DNA of 35,356 nt, from the NCBI GenBank assembly GCA_964537885.1, contig CAZIDC010000001.1:1-35356 (forward strand), given 5' to 3'. The notes under the pieces are model-generated. The model was not told the origin of the DNA. It saw only the letters and a list, made by a program, of their open reading frames with translations, and ran no database searches. This stretch comes from an uncultured Syntrophaceae bacterium. GTDB taxonomy: Bacteria; Desulfobacterota; SM23-61. Position numbers and translations under genes: made by a program. This document shows, in pieces, positions 26,148-33,946 of the stretch (position 1 is its first letter; each line of letters starts with the position of its first letter).

Positions 26148-27038
26148 TCAGCCCTTAATCCCCGCCGCAACTTTGGCCGCTTTGACTGTATTCGTCATTA
26201 ACATGGTTATCGTCATCGGGCCCACCCCTCCGGGAACCGGCGTAATGGCGCTGGCCTTTTCTTTGACTCCTTCAAAATCCACATCCCCGCAGAGGATTGC
26301 TTTTCCCTCCTTGGTCATCCCCACGCGGTTCACCCCGACGTCGATGACTACGGCCCCTTCCTTGACCATGTCTGCGGTTACGGCCTTGGGCTTGCCCGCG
26401 GCTACAACCAGGATGTCTGCCCTTTTGGTATGGAAAGCGATATCTCTCGTTCCCGTGTGACAGATCGTTACCGTGGCATTGGCTCCCTTCTGCTTTTGGA
26501 GCAATATGTTCGCAATGGGTTTGCCGACAATGTTGGACCGCCCTAATACTACGACTTCCGCTCCATCGATCTTCGCCCCGGAGCGAATGAGCAGCTGCTG
26601 AATCCCGGCCGGGGTGCAGGGAAGATAATCCGCCTCGCCGATCATCAATTTCCCCACGTTCACAGGGTGGAAACCGTCCACGTCCTTCTTGGGATCGATG
26701 GCATAGAGAACTTTGGTTTCGTTGATATGCTTGGGCAGCGGCAATTGCACTAAGATTCCGTGGATCTTCGGGTCCCGGTTGTACTTCTCGATCAATTCTA
26801 AAAGCTTCGCTTCGGTAATATCCGCAGGTTGGTTGTCCTGAACCGAATAGAATCCCAATTCCTTGGCGGTTTTTTGCTTTCCGGTTACATAGCTTACCGA
26901 AGCCGGGTTTTCTCCCACCAGAATCGTCACCAACCCGGGGACTACGTTGTGTTTTTCTTTGAGCAGCGAGATTTCTCGGGATAGTTCTTCCCGGATTTGT
27001 TTCGCCACTTCCGTCCCGCTGATAATCTTCGCGGCCAT
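26148..27038 (-). CDS. folD: Bifunctional methylene-THF dehydrogenase / methenyl-THF cyclohydrolase
   Basis: 296 aa. VILVGxNPAS-like LVGENPASVSYV and PVPGGVGPMTI. AGGAGG Shine-Dalgarno. Confidence 0.95.
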   Translation of the reverse strand: MAAKIISGTEVAKQIREELSREISLLKEKHNVVPGLVTILVGENPASVSYVTGKQKTAKELGFYSVQDNQPADITEAKLLELIEKYNRDPKIHGILVQLPLPKHINETKVLYAIDPKKDVDGFHPVNVGKLMIGEADYLPCTPAGIQQLLIRSGAKIDGAEVVVLGRSNIVGKPIANILLQKQKGANATVTICHTGTRDIAFHTKRADILVVAAGKPKAVTADMVKEGAVVIDVGVNRVGMTKEGKAILCGDVDFEGVKEKASAITPVPGGVGPMTITMLMTNTVKAAKVAAGIKG

Positions 27039-27064
27039 TTTTTTCCTCCTATTTTTCTAAAAGC

Positions 27065-27180
27065 ATTCACCGCAGAGCGCGCCGAGGTCGCAGAGAATTT
27101 CTATAATTAAAAAACCGAACGTTGGCTTTTTATAATTTTGTTCATTTACCTCAGCGTTCTCAGCGATCTCTGCGGTGAAT
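27065..27180. repeat. Inverted heptad-array element, family B
   Basis: Left arm is attcaccgcagagcgcgccgaggtcgcagagaa. Right arm is acctcagcgttctcagcgatctctgcggtgaat. The outer 13 bp are perfectly complementary. The termini are the same as in the 921-1049 element. Confidence 0.88.
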
Positions 27181-27183
27181 AAG

Positions 27184-28944
27184 TTAAAAGAGTCCTTTCA
27201 CCTTGCCGGTCTTCACATCCACGTCGATCCTCCGGAAGGCAGGATCCGAGCTGGTTCCGGGCATCAGGCTGATGGTCCCGGCGCAAGGACAGAGAAACTT
27301 CGCCCCCGAATAAACCAGGATGTCCCGAATGGGCAGCGTCCAGCCTTTGGGGACTCCCTTGAGGGCTGGATCATGAGTTAAACTCAGATGAGTCTTGACC
27401 ATCATGGTGGAAAAATCCTGGAATTTGGGGTCGGACTCAAATTTCTTGGCTTTGGCGGTAGCCTCGGGCATCCAGGAAACGCCGTCCGCCCCGTATACTT
27501 TCTTGGCAATGGTCTCCACCCGCTGGCGCAAAGGCATCTCCAAAGGATAGAGAAACTTGAAATCCACTTTGTCGTTGCAGGCTTCGATGACCGCATCCGC
27601 CAGTTCCAGGGCTCCATCCCCCCCGTTGGCCCAGTGGGAGGATACGGCGCAGCGCGCCCCGGCCTGCTCGGCCGCTTTGCGGATCAGGGCAATCTCAGCT
27701 TTCGTATCCGTATGGAAGGAATTGACGCAAACGACGGGGTTGATTCCGGCCTGCTTGACAATGCCGATATGGTGGATCATGTTGGCCACCCCTTTTTCCA
27801 GGAGCGGCAAATTTTCCTTGGTATAGGAGGGATCCAGAGGAAGACCGGCCACCACCCGAGGTCCGCCCCCGTGCATCTTCAACGCCCGGACCGTGCTGGT
27901 GATTACCGAAACGTTGGGAATGAGACCGCTCAGCCGGCATTTGACATCCCAGAATTTTTCAAACCCGATGTCGGCGCCGAACCCGCTTTCGGTGACATGA
28001 TAATCGAACATTTTCAGGCCGATGCGGTCGGCGATGATGGAGGATTGTCCGACGGCGATATTGGCAAAGGGCCCGGCATGAATCATAACGGGCTGTCCTT
28101 CGACGGTTTGCATGAGGGTGGGGTTAATCGTGTTGCGCATCCAGGCGCACATGGCTCCGGCGACTTCGAGGTCGCTGGTAGTTACCGGATTGCCTTTTTT
28201 ATCGTAGGCTACCGTGATTTTGCCCAGCCTTTCCCGCAAGTCGGCCAGGTCCCGAACAATGGAGAGGATGGCCATGAGCTCGGAGCTGACGGCAATGCCA
28301 AACCTTGAGGACATCAGGAAGCCGTCCATTTTCCCGCCGATCCCCATGAGGATATTCCGCAATCCCTGGGCGCAAAAGTCTATCACCCAGCCCATTTCCA
28401 CGTTCTTGGAATCAATGTCCAGACGTTTCAGATTGCGCTTGGCCAACTGCTCGTCCGTGTAATTGGCTTCGTGCTGCATGCGGGCATTGAGGGCTACCAT
28501 AGCTAAATTGTGGGCATTCATGAGGTCATTGATGTCCCCCGTAAGCCCCATGGAGAACTCGGTCAGGGGAATTGCCTGAGCATTTCCCCCGCCGGCCGCG
28601 CTCCCTTTGATGTTCATGGTCGGCCCGCCCGAAGGCTGGCGGATGCAGCCGCCGACATTCTTTTTCCTTTTTCCCAATCCCTCGATAAGCCCCATAGAAG
28701 TGGTAGTTTTCCCCTCGCCGAGGGGGGTGGGAGTAATGGCGGTTACTTCGACATACTTGCCATCGGGCTTATGTCCCAGGCGGTTGATGATCTTCATAAA
28801 ATCGAGCTTACCCAGCCGCCCGTAAGGGATCACTTCATCCTTCTCCAGCCCCAGCTCTTTCTGCCAGTCCCCGATTGATTTCATATGCGCTTCGGCAGCC
28901 TCAGAGATCTGCCAGTCAGCCATTTTTACTGCATCATAGGCCAT
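27184..28944 (-). CDS. fhs: Formate-tetrahydrofolate ligase
   Basis: 586 aa. P-loop [20 protein letters not shown] Shine-Dalgarno 7 nt before the ATG. Confidence 0.95.
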   Translation of the reverse strand: MAYDAVKMADWQISEAAEAHMKSIGDWQKELGLEKDEVIPYGRLGKLDFMKIINRLGHKPDGKYVEVTAITPTPLGEGKTTTSMGLIEGLGKRKKNVGGCIRQPSGGPTMNIKGSAAGGGNAQAIPLTEFSMGLTGDINDLMNAHNLAMVALNARMQHEANYTDEQLAKRNLKRLDIDSKNVEMGWVIDFCAQGLRNILMGIGGKMDGFLMSSRFGIAVSSELMAILSIVRDLADLRERLGKITVAYDKKGNPVTTSDLEVAGAMCAWMRNTINPTLMQTVEGQPVMIHAGPFANIAVGQSSIIADRIGLKMFDYHVTESGFGADIGFEKFWDVKCRLSGLIPNVSVITSTVRALKMHGGGPRVVAGLPLDPSYTKENLPLLEKGVANMIHHIGIVKQAGINPVVCVNSFHTDTKAEIALIRKAAEQAGARCAVSSHWANGGDGALELADAVIEACNDKVDFKFLYPLEMPLRQRVETIAKKVYGADGVSWMPEATAKAKKFESDPKFQDFSTMMVKTHLSLTHDPALKGVPKGWTLPIRDILVYSGAKFLCPCAGTISLMPGTSSDPAFRRIDVDVKTGKVKGLF

Positions 28945-29003
28945 TTCCTATTCCTCCTTTTTTTTAGTTTGCTGAATTCTTTTAAATTCTTTTCGCAGTA
29001 GCG

Positions 29004-29032
29004 ATTAGAAACACCCTTACCTCCTTGGTCAA
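29004..29032 (-). promoter_or_regulatory. Weaker proximal sigma70-like promoter candidate
   Basis: The minus strand reads TTGACC, a 17-nt spacer, then TCTAAT, about 60 nt upstream of the fhs ATG. Confidence 0.3.
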
Positions 29033-29385
29033 AAGGGGTCGGTGCAATCCTTACATGAAGATCATTCCTGGATGTTCCTGACCACCCCCTCCCTGAAAAA
29101 TTTTCCCCTTTTACGATTTACAACCCCGGCTATCCCGATCAAAAAATGCTTGTGGATTTGTTGCCGAAATCTCCTCGTCGCTTTTCCCCCAAAAGGAATT
29201 TTTATTGCCCCTGGACGATTCAGGTTGAATTTTTCAAAGTTGTAATTCGGTCGTTCTGGTTTCAGGCTCTTTCGTGGAGAGAAAAAGATCCGGGGTGAGG
29301 TATGGGTGAAAGAAAAAAGGATGGTGCTTTGTGTCCCCTGTCCTTTTCCCGAATACAAATGCCCAAAAGAACTGTTAAACATCCC

Positions 29386-29417
29386 CCCGGGGCAAAAGTT
29401 TCCTTTTGCCTCTCGGG
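29386..29417 (-). other. Stable RNA hairpin with a GNRA tetraloop inside the putative fhs leader
   Basis: The minus strand reads CCCG-aga-GGCAAAAG-GAAA-CUUUUGCC-c-CGGG. That is an 8-bp perfect stem, a GAAA loop and a 4-bp outer helix. Confidence 0.5.
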
Positions 29418-29548
29418 TTTGAACCGATTTAAACCAGATCAACTTAAAACACTTTAATCAACCTTTGAATCGCCATAAACCTGTAACGGTTTGCGGAACG
29501 AATGGTCTGAGGATGCCCGTTTTTCCAGAGATAAAATTTTTCGCCCGC

Positions 29549-29577
29549 ATTTAACCATATGTGGGATATCTTGTCAA
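29549..29577 (-). promoter_or_regulatory. Sigma70-type promoter with an extended -10, candidate main promoter of the fhs-to-fdhA cluster
   Basis: The minus strand reads TTGACA (29577-29572), then 17 nt (agatatcccacatatgg), then TTAAAT (29554-29549). The TG of the extended -10 sits in the right place. An A-rich stretch (gcgaaaaagc) lies just upstream. Confidence 0.55.
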
Positions 29578-29852
29578 GCTTTTTCGCCTTGAATTCTGCC
29601 GCTCTTTCTTTTTAAATTTCTCTTTTATTAACGCGAGAGTGGAAGGAAATGGAGGCGGGCCGATCCGCTCCAACAATTTTGGCTCTCCTTGCCCGGTTCC
29701 TTGGAAGAATCACCGCCGGATGATGATTCACGAATCACCCTAAAAAAATGGGGGAGACAGGCGATTCTCTCCAAAATAAATCCCCCTAAAAGGGGAAGGT
29801 GTGAAAAAATTCAAATCTGGATGGGGAAAACTCTTCTTGTTGTCCAGGGGTC

Positions 29853-29879
29853 GGAAAAATTCGTCCGCCTGAGGCGGAC
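29853..29879 (-). terminator. Candidate intrinsic terminator downstream of the cNMP-domain gene
   Basis: The minus strand reads GUCCGCC-UCA-GGCGGAC, a 7-bp GC-rich stem, followed by GAAUUUUUCC. The 3-nt loop is the minimum size. Confidence 0.5.
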
Positions 29880-30123
29880 CAAAATCGGGGGGACAGGAAT
29901 GATCCCCAACGGATAATATGCCTTCCGCGAAGGGACGCCGGCAACTTGGAACAAAACCATGTAGATACATAGGGATTGGCCTTCGGGCCTAACCGAAGTT
30001 GATTCCCCTGCCGGCAACAAGGAGAGCACCGCATCATTTTGGCAAGCGAATTTTTCTGGCCCCTGGACATGAGTGAAGCCTCTCTTTTCCCCCTACCCCA
30101 ATTTTTTCACAGCTTCGGGCGGA

Positions 30124-30600
30124 TCAGGAAACGGTTTCGGCTAACAGCGATCGGGTCCGGAAAAGGCGGGTGGCGATCAAGCAGGAGAACCTCTGAAGAA
30201 ATAACAAGCCAAAGGTTGGGTGGCGCTGGAATAGACGTTCCATGTCCTTCCCTTTGATCATAAGAACCTGACAATCCTCAAGAGCTTTGGCCGTAGAGGT
30301 ATATTTACGGGGATACACGAGCGCCGACCATCCGAAGAGGTCGCCTTTTTTCTTGACAATCCCCGTTATAAATTCCCCTTCCCCCTGGCGGCTGGAAAGA
30401 GCGACTGCCCCCTTCGAAAGAACTAAAAGGTGGCGAGCCCGGCTCTTCTCTTTGAGAATGATCGCCCCTTTGGTGAAGGAGACCTGGCGGAACAATGCGG
30501 CCAGTTCCTTTAGGACTTTTTCCGGTGCTCCCCGAAAATAGGAAGAACGCAGCAGATCTTTTGCAATCGTCCCGGTCGTGGATTTTGCTGTCGCTTTCAT
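30124..30600 (-). CDS. Stand-alone cyclic-nucleotide-binding (cNMP/CAP effector) domain protein without a DNA-binding domain
   Basis: 158 aa. Beta-barrel pattern F..A....L..L......F.KG..I ... GDLFGWSALV ... A.AL.D...L. The ORF ends right after the C-helix, so there is no room for an HTH. AGAGGGA Shine-Dalgarno. Confidence 0.75.
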   Translation of the reverse strand: MKATAKSTTGTIAKDLLRSSYFRGAPEKVLKELAALFRQVSFTKGAIILKEKSRARHLLVLSKGAVALSSRQGEGEFITGIVKKKGDLFGWSALVYPRKYTSTAKALEDCQVLMIKGKDMERLFQRHPTFGLLFLQRFSCLIATRLFRTRSLLAETVS

Positions 30601-30739
30601 GTTCCCTCTTTCATCGGGAATTCCAGCGGAAGATAAACCCGAATTTTGGATCAGATTCCCGGCTGATTCCCCACTTCAATCGAACCCCATCGCTAATGGC
30701 TTCTTCCATCCTCCCTGACTTGCCTCATTCTTTTTAACT

Positions 30740-30768
30740 ATTTTATCAGAGGATCATTCCCAGTGCAA
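30740..30768 (-). promoter_or_regulatory. Sigma70-like promoter candidate for the cNMP-domain gene
   Basis: The minus strand reads TTGCAC, a 17-nt spacer, then TAAAAT, about 140 nt upstream of ATG 30600. Confidence 0.3.
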
Positions 30769-30835
30769 CCCCAGAATAATTCCCCCCGATCCATCAACGA
30801 GGCGATCACCGCCGCGGGCGCGATGGGCTTTGCGT

Positions 30836-32548
30836 TCAAGCCCCTTCGCGGTACGCTTTCTGGTATTCTGACCAGAGGAATTCTTTTTTGACCCCATGGT
30901 CGATAAAATCCCAGGGCAGGATTTCTTCCCAACCTCGCTCCCGGTAAACGTAAAAATCCGGGTTCACATCAACGGAACGATAGACCTGCGGCCAGTTCCA
31001 CCCAAGGCCGTGTCCAGTTAATAACAACTTTCCGACCCGTCGATCCCCCCGCGCCAAAAGGGCCTGCAAAAAAGCCCATTTCGGGAAATCGGCCGAGACC
31101 GAAAGGCCCTTCTCCCGCCGAAGCCCGTTTTTTATAGTTTTGATCTTTTCATTCAAGCTCCGCAGGTCCTCAAAAGGATGCCACTGGAAGGGCGTGGCCG
31201 GCTTGGGAACGAAAGAATTCAGGCTGAGAGTGATTCTTTCTATCCCCTTCCTCCCTCCGCTTGCTTTCCGGATGTGATGCCTGATTCTTTTGGCAAGGTC
31301 GACGATCCCCTTGACATCTTCCATCTTTTCCCAAGGCAGGCCGATCATAAAGTAGAGGCGGAGGTTTTGCACCCCGCGATCGGCCAGGATTTCCGCCGCC
31401 CGGAGGATTTCCTCCTCCGTGAACCCTTTGCGCACCACCCGGCGCATTCTCTCGGACCCTGCCTCCGGGGCCAGGGTGATCGTCTTCTGTCCGCTTTCCA
31501 AAACAAGGTCGGCCACTTCTGGCGTTAGGGAATCCACTCTGAGGGATGAGAAGGAGAGGGACCTGGGGGATTGGAGAATCCCCTGTCCGAGGGTGACCAG
31601 ATCAGGGTAGTCCGAGATTGCCGCGCCCACCAGCCCGACTTTTTCCGCCGGGCCAGCCCCCGCAAGGATTGCCTCCCTAAGGAGAGGGCCGTCCCGTACT
31701 CGATGAGGATAGTAGGTGAAACAACTGGCGCAGAACCGGCAGCCGCGCCGGCAGCCGCGGCTGAGTTCAAGCAAGAACATCCCCGAGAGTTCTGTATTCG
31801 GCGTTACCAGAACAGAAGTTGTGAGAGATTCATTCAGATTCTTTAGCCAGGCTCTCTTGACCCGCGACGGGAAGGCTCCCTGGGGAACAAACGAATCAAT
31901 CGTTCCATCCGCCCTGTAAGATACCTCATAAAACTGAGGAACGTAGATTCCTTCGATCTTCGCCAGCTCGGCCAACAGGGCCTCTCTATTCACCCTCTTG
32001 CCCCGGCCTTGCCGCAGGGCCTCCGTCAAGGCCGGCGCAACGACTTCGGCCTCCCCGATCACGAAGAGGTCTACAAAGTCGGCCAGCGGCTCGGGGTTCA
32101 TCAACACGGTGGCCCCGCCGGCAATGACTAAAGGATGGACCGCGGTCCGCTCCTTTTTGAGCATGGGAATCCTGGCCAATTCCATCATCTGGAGGAGGTG
32201 GGGATAATCATTCTCGTAGGAGATGGAAAAGGCCAGGACATCAAAGTGGCTGACCGGCCGCTGGGATTCCAGGACAAAGAGCGGGGTTCCTGTCCGGCGG
32301 TGCTCCTCGTAATCTTCAGGGTCCGGCAAAAAAACCCGTTGGCACACTATGCCCGGCTGCCCGTTGAAAAGCCGGTAAACCGCCTGGAACCCCAAGTTGG
32401 ACATCGCCGCGTAATACCGTTGAGGAAAAGCCAGAGCGATAAACAATTCTCCCCTGTGGTCGACCGCTTTGTTCTCCCCGCCCCCCAATAAAACTTTTCT
32501 CTCGGCGGCCAGGAGTTTTTTGGCTTTTTCAATCAGCTTGTTGGACAT
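30836..32548 (-). CDS. Radical SAM protein with an N-terminal B12-binding-like domain (function unknown)
   Basis: 570 aa. CxxxCxxC motif SRGCRRGCRFC. The N-terminal Rossmann-like segment precedes it. No clear Shine-Dalgarno. Confidence 0.85.
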   Translation of the reverse strand: MSNKLIEKAKKLLAAERKVLLGGGENKAVDHRGELFIALAFPQRYYAAMSNLGFQAVYRLFNGQPGIVCQRVFLPDPEDYEEHRRTGTPLFVLESQRPVSHFDVLAFSISYENDYPHLLQMMELARIPMLKKERTAVHPLVIAGGATVLMNPEPLADFVDLFVIGEAEVVAPALTEALRQGRGKRVNREALLAELAKIEGIYVPQFYEVSYRADGTIDSFVPQGAFPSRVKRAWLKNLNESLTTSVLVTPNTELSGMFLLELSRGCRRGCRFCASCFTYYPHRVRDGPLLREAILAGAGPAEKVGLVGAAISDYPDLVTLGQGILQSPRSLSFSSLRVDSLTPEVADLVLESGQKTITLAPEAGSERMRRVVRKGFTEEEILRAAEILADRGVQNLRLYFMIGLPWEKMEDVKGIVDLAKRIRHHIRKASGGRKGIERITLSLNSFVPKPATPFQWHPFEDLRSLNEKIKTIKNGLRREKGLSVSADFPKWAFLQALLARGDRRVGKLLLTGHGLGWNWPQVYRSVDVNPDFYVYRERGWEEILPWDFIDHGVKKEFLWSEYQKAYREGA

Positions 32549-32561
32549 GCTTGGCCAAAGA

Positions 32562-32648
32562 AGCCTTCAGCGTTCAGCGATCAGCTTTCAGCTAAAGAAA
32601 GATCATGTTTTTTTTAGCTTTCCGCTGATTGCTGACCGCTGATAGCTG
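32562..32648. repeat. Inverted heptad-array element, family A
   Basis: Left arm is agccTTCAGCgtTCAGCgaTCAGCttTCAGCta. Right arm is tagctttccGCTGAttGCTGAccGCTGAtagctg. It is followed by T5, which overlaps the ftsZ TGA. Confidence 0.9.
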
Positions 32649-32652
32649 TTTT

Positions 32653-33843
32653 TCAATCCGCCTGCTTCCTCAAGAAGGTAGGGATATCGTACTCATCTTC
32701 CCCCACGTGGGCCGGAAAACGGCCTTTATGAAACTTGGCCGGTTTTTCCTGAGCCTCAACGGTCTTCTCCTGGCGGATGAACGTGGGAATATCCCGGTTG
32801 CTTTCCCTGTGGGTAAAGCTGACGACGGTCTTTTCTTGTTCCAGGGCGGAGGCTGGAGATTCAAGCCGGCGCTCTTCCTCTTCCAGCGCTTTTCCGAATC
32901 CCGTGGCAATCACCGTGACCCGCATTTCCTCCCCCAGGTTTTCATCAATTACGGCCCCGAAGATGATGTTGGCATCATCGTGGGCTTCCTCCTGGATGAG
33001 TGAGGAGGCCTCGTTTACCTCGTAGAGGGTCAGGTCGGGCCCCCCCGAAACGTTGATCAAAATCCCCCGGGCTCCAGCGATGGTAATATCCTCCAGCAGA
33101 GGGCTGGAGATGGCCCGTTGGGCGGCTTCGATGGCCCGATTTTCCCCGCTCGCGCACCCTGTCCCCATCAGGGCCAATCCCATTTCCGCCATCACCGTCC
33201 GGACATCGGCGAAATCCAGGTTAATCAAGCCGTGGACCGTAATCAGGTCCGAAATTCCTTTGACGGCCTGGAGCAGGACCTCATCCGCTTTCCGGAACGT
33301 CTCCAGCAAGGGCATATCCCGGCCAGCAATGTTGAGCAATCTCTGATTGGGGATGGTGATCAGCGTGTCCACGCATTTACGAAGTTCTTTGAGCCCTTCT
33401 TCGGCCTGCTGCTGCCTTTTCTTGCCTTCGAAGAGAAACGGTTTGGTGACGACGGCTACCGTAAGCGCCCCCGCATCTTTAGCGATGGAAGCCAGAATCG
33501 GCGCCCCGCCCGTGCCCGTACCGCCACCCATCCCCGCCGTTATGAAGACCATATCGGCGCCACTTAGAATCTCCCGGATCCGGTCTTTGTCCTCCAGGAT
33601 GGCATTTTTCCCAATCTCGGGGTTGGCTCCGGCTCCCAGGCCTTTGGTCAGCTTGGCCCCTAATTGAATCTTGATGGGCGAACCGCAGTTGGCCAGAGCC
33701 TGGGCATCCGTGTTGGCCCCGATAAACTCTACCCCGCTCAAACTGGATTTAATCATGGTGTTAACGGCATTGCATCCCCCGCCCCCGATGCCCACCACTT
33801 TCAAATTGGCCCCTGAATTCCTGCTTTCTTCCAATTCAAACAT
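32653..33843 (-). CDS. ftsZ: Cell division protein FtsZ
   Basis: [13 protein letters not shown] and the tubulin signature [12 protein letters not shown]. The track start is a GTG at 33852. The ATG at 33843 sits 7 nt after GGAGGT. Confidence 0.95.
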   Translation of the reverse strand: MFELEESRNSGANLKVVGIGGGGCNAVNTMIKSSLSGVEFIGANTDAQALANCGSPIKIQLGAKLTKGLGAGANPEIGKNAILEDKDRIREILSGADMVFITAGMGGGTGTGGAPILASIAKDAGALTVAVVTKPFLFEGKKRQQQAEEGLKELRKCVDTLITIPNQRLLNIAGRDMPLLETFRKADEVLLQAVKGISDLITVHGLINLDFADVRTVMAEMGLALMGTGCASGENRAIEAAQRAISSPLLEDITIAGARGILINVSGGPDLTLYEVNEASSLIQEEAHDDANIIFGAVIDENLGEEMRVTVIATGFGKALEEEERRLESPASALEQEKTVVSFTHRESNRDIPTFIRQEKTVEAQEKPAKFHKGRFPAHVGEDEYDIPTFLRKQAD

Positions 33844-33866
33844 TCCCCCCACCTCCCTTTTAAATT

Positions 33867-33943
33867 ATTGCGGACTGGCGATTGCGGATTTACGATTCTT
33901 TAATTTTTATTTGCTTTTCGTTCCGCATCCCGCATTCCGAAAT
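33867..33943. repeat. Inverted heptad-array element, family E (core ATTGCGG / CCGCAT)
   Basis: Left arm is ATTGCGG ACTGGCG ATTGCGG ATTTACG. Right arm is cgttccgcatcccgcattccgaaat. The element lies between the ftsA stop and the ftsZ Shine-Dalgarno. Confidence 0.85.
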
Positions 33944-33946
33944 CTT

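Noticed and set aside
29062-29442. A 126-aa minus-strand ORF, the only ORF over 100 aa in the large non-coding gap.
   Set aside because: It starts at a TTG with no Shine-Dalgarno, and its sequence is very basic with low-complexity features and no recognisable domain. It runs through the GNRA hairpin and U-rich tracts, and its codon composition is unlike the neighbouring genes. It is more likely leader RNA, but Ribo-seq or homology could overturn this.
28945-29545. A known folate/purine riboswitch (ZTP/pfl, THF-I, THF-II) upstream of fhs.
   Set aside because: I looked on the minus strand for the conserved cores I remember (for example the CCGCCUGGGC-type 3' element of ZTP, or the GAGUAG/GCGUG-type THF-I features) and did not see them. 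This is a by-eye negative only. An Infernal scan is needed.
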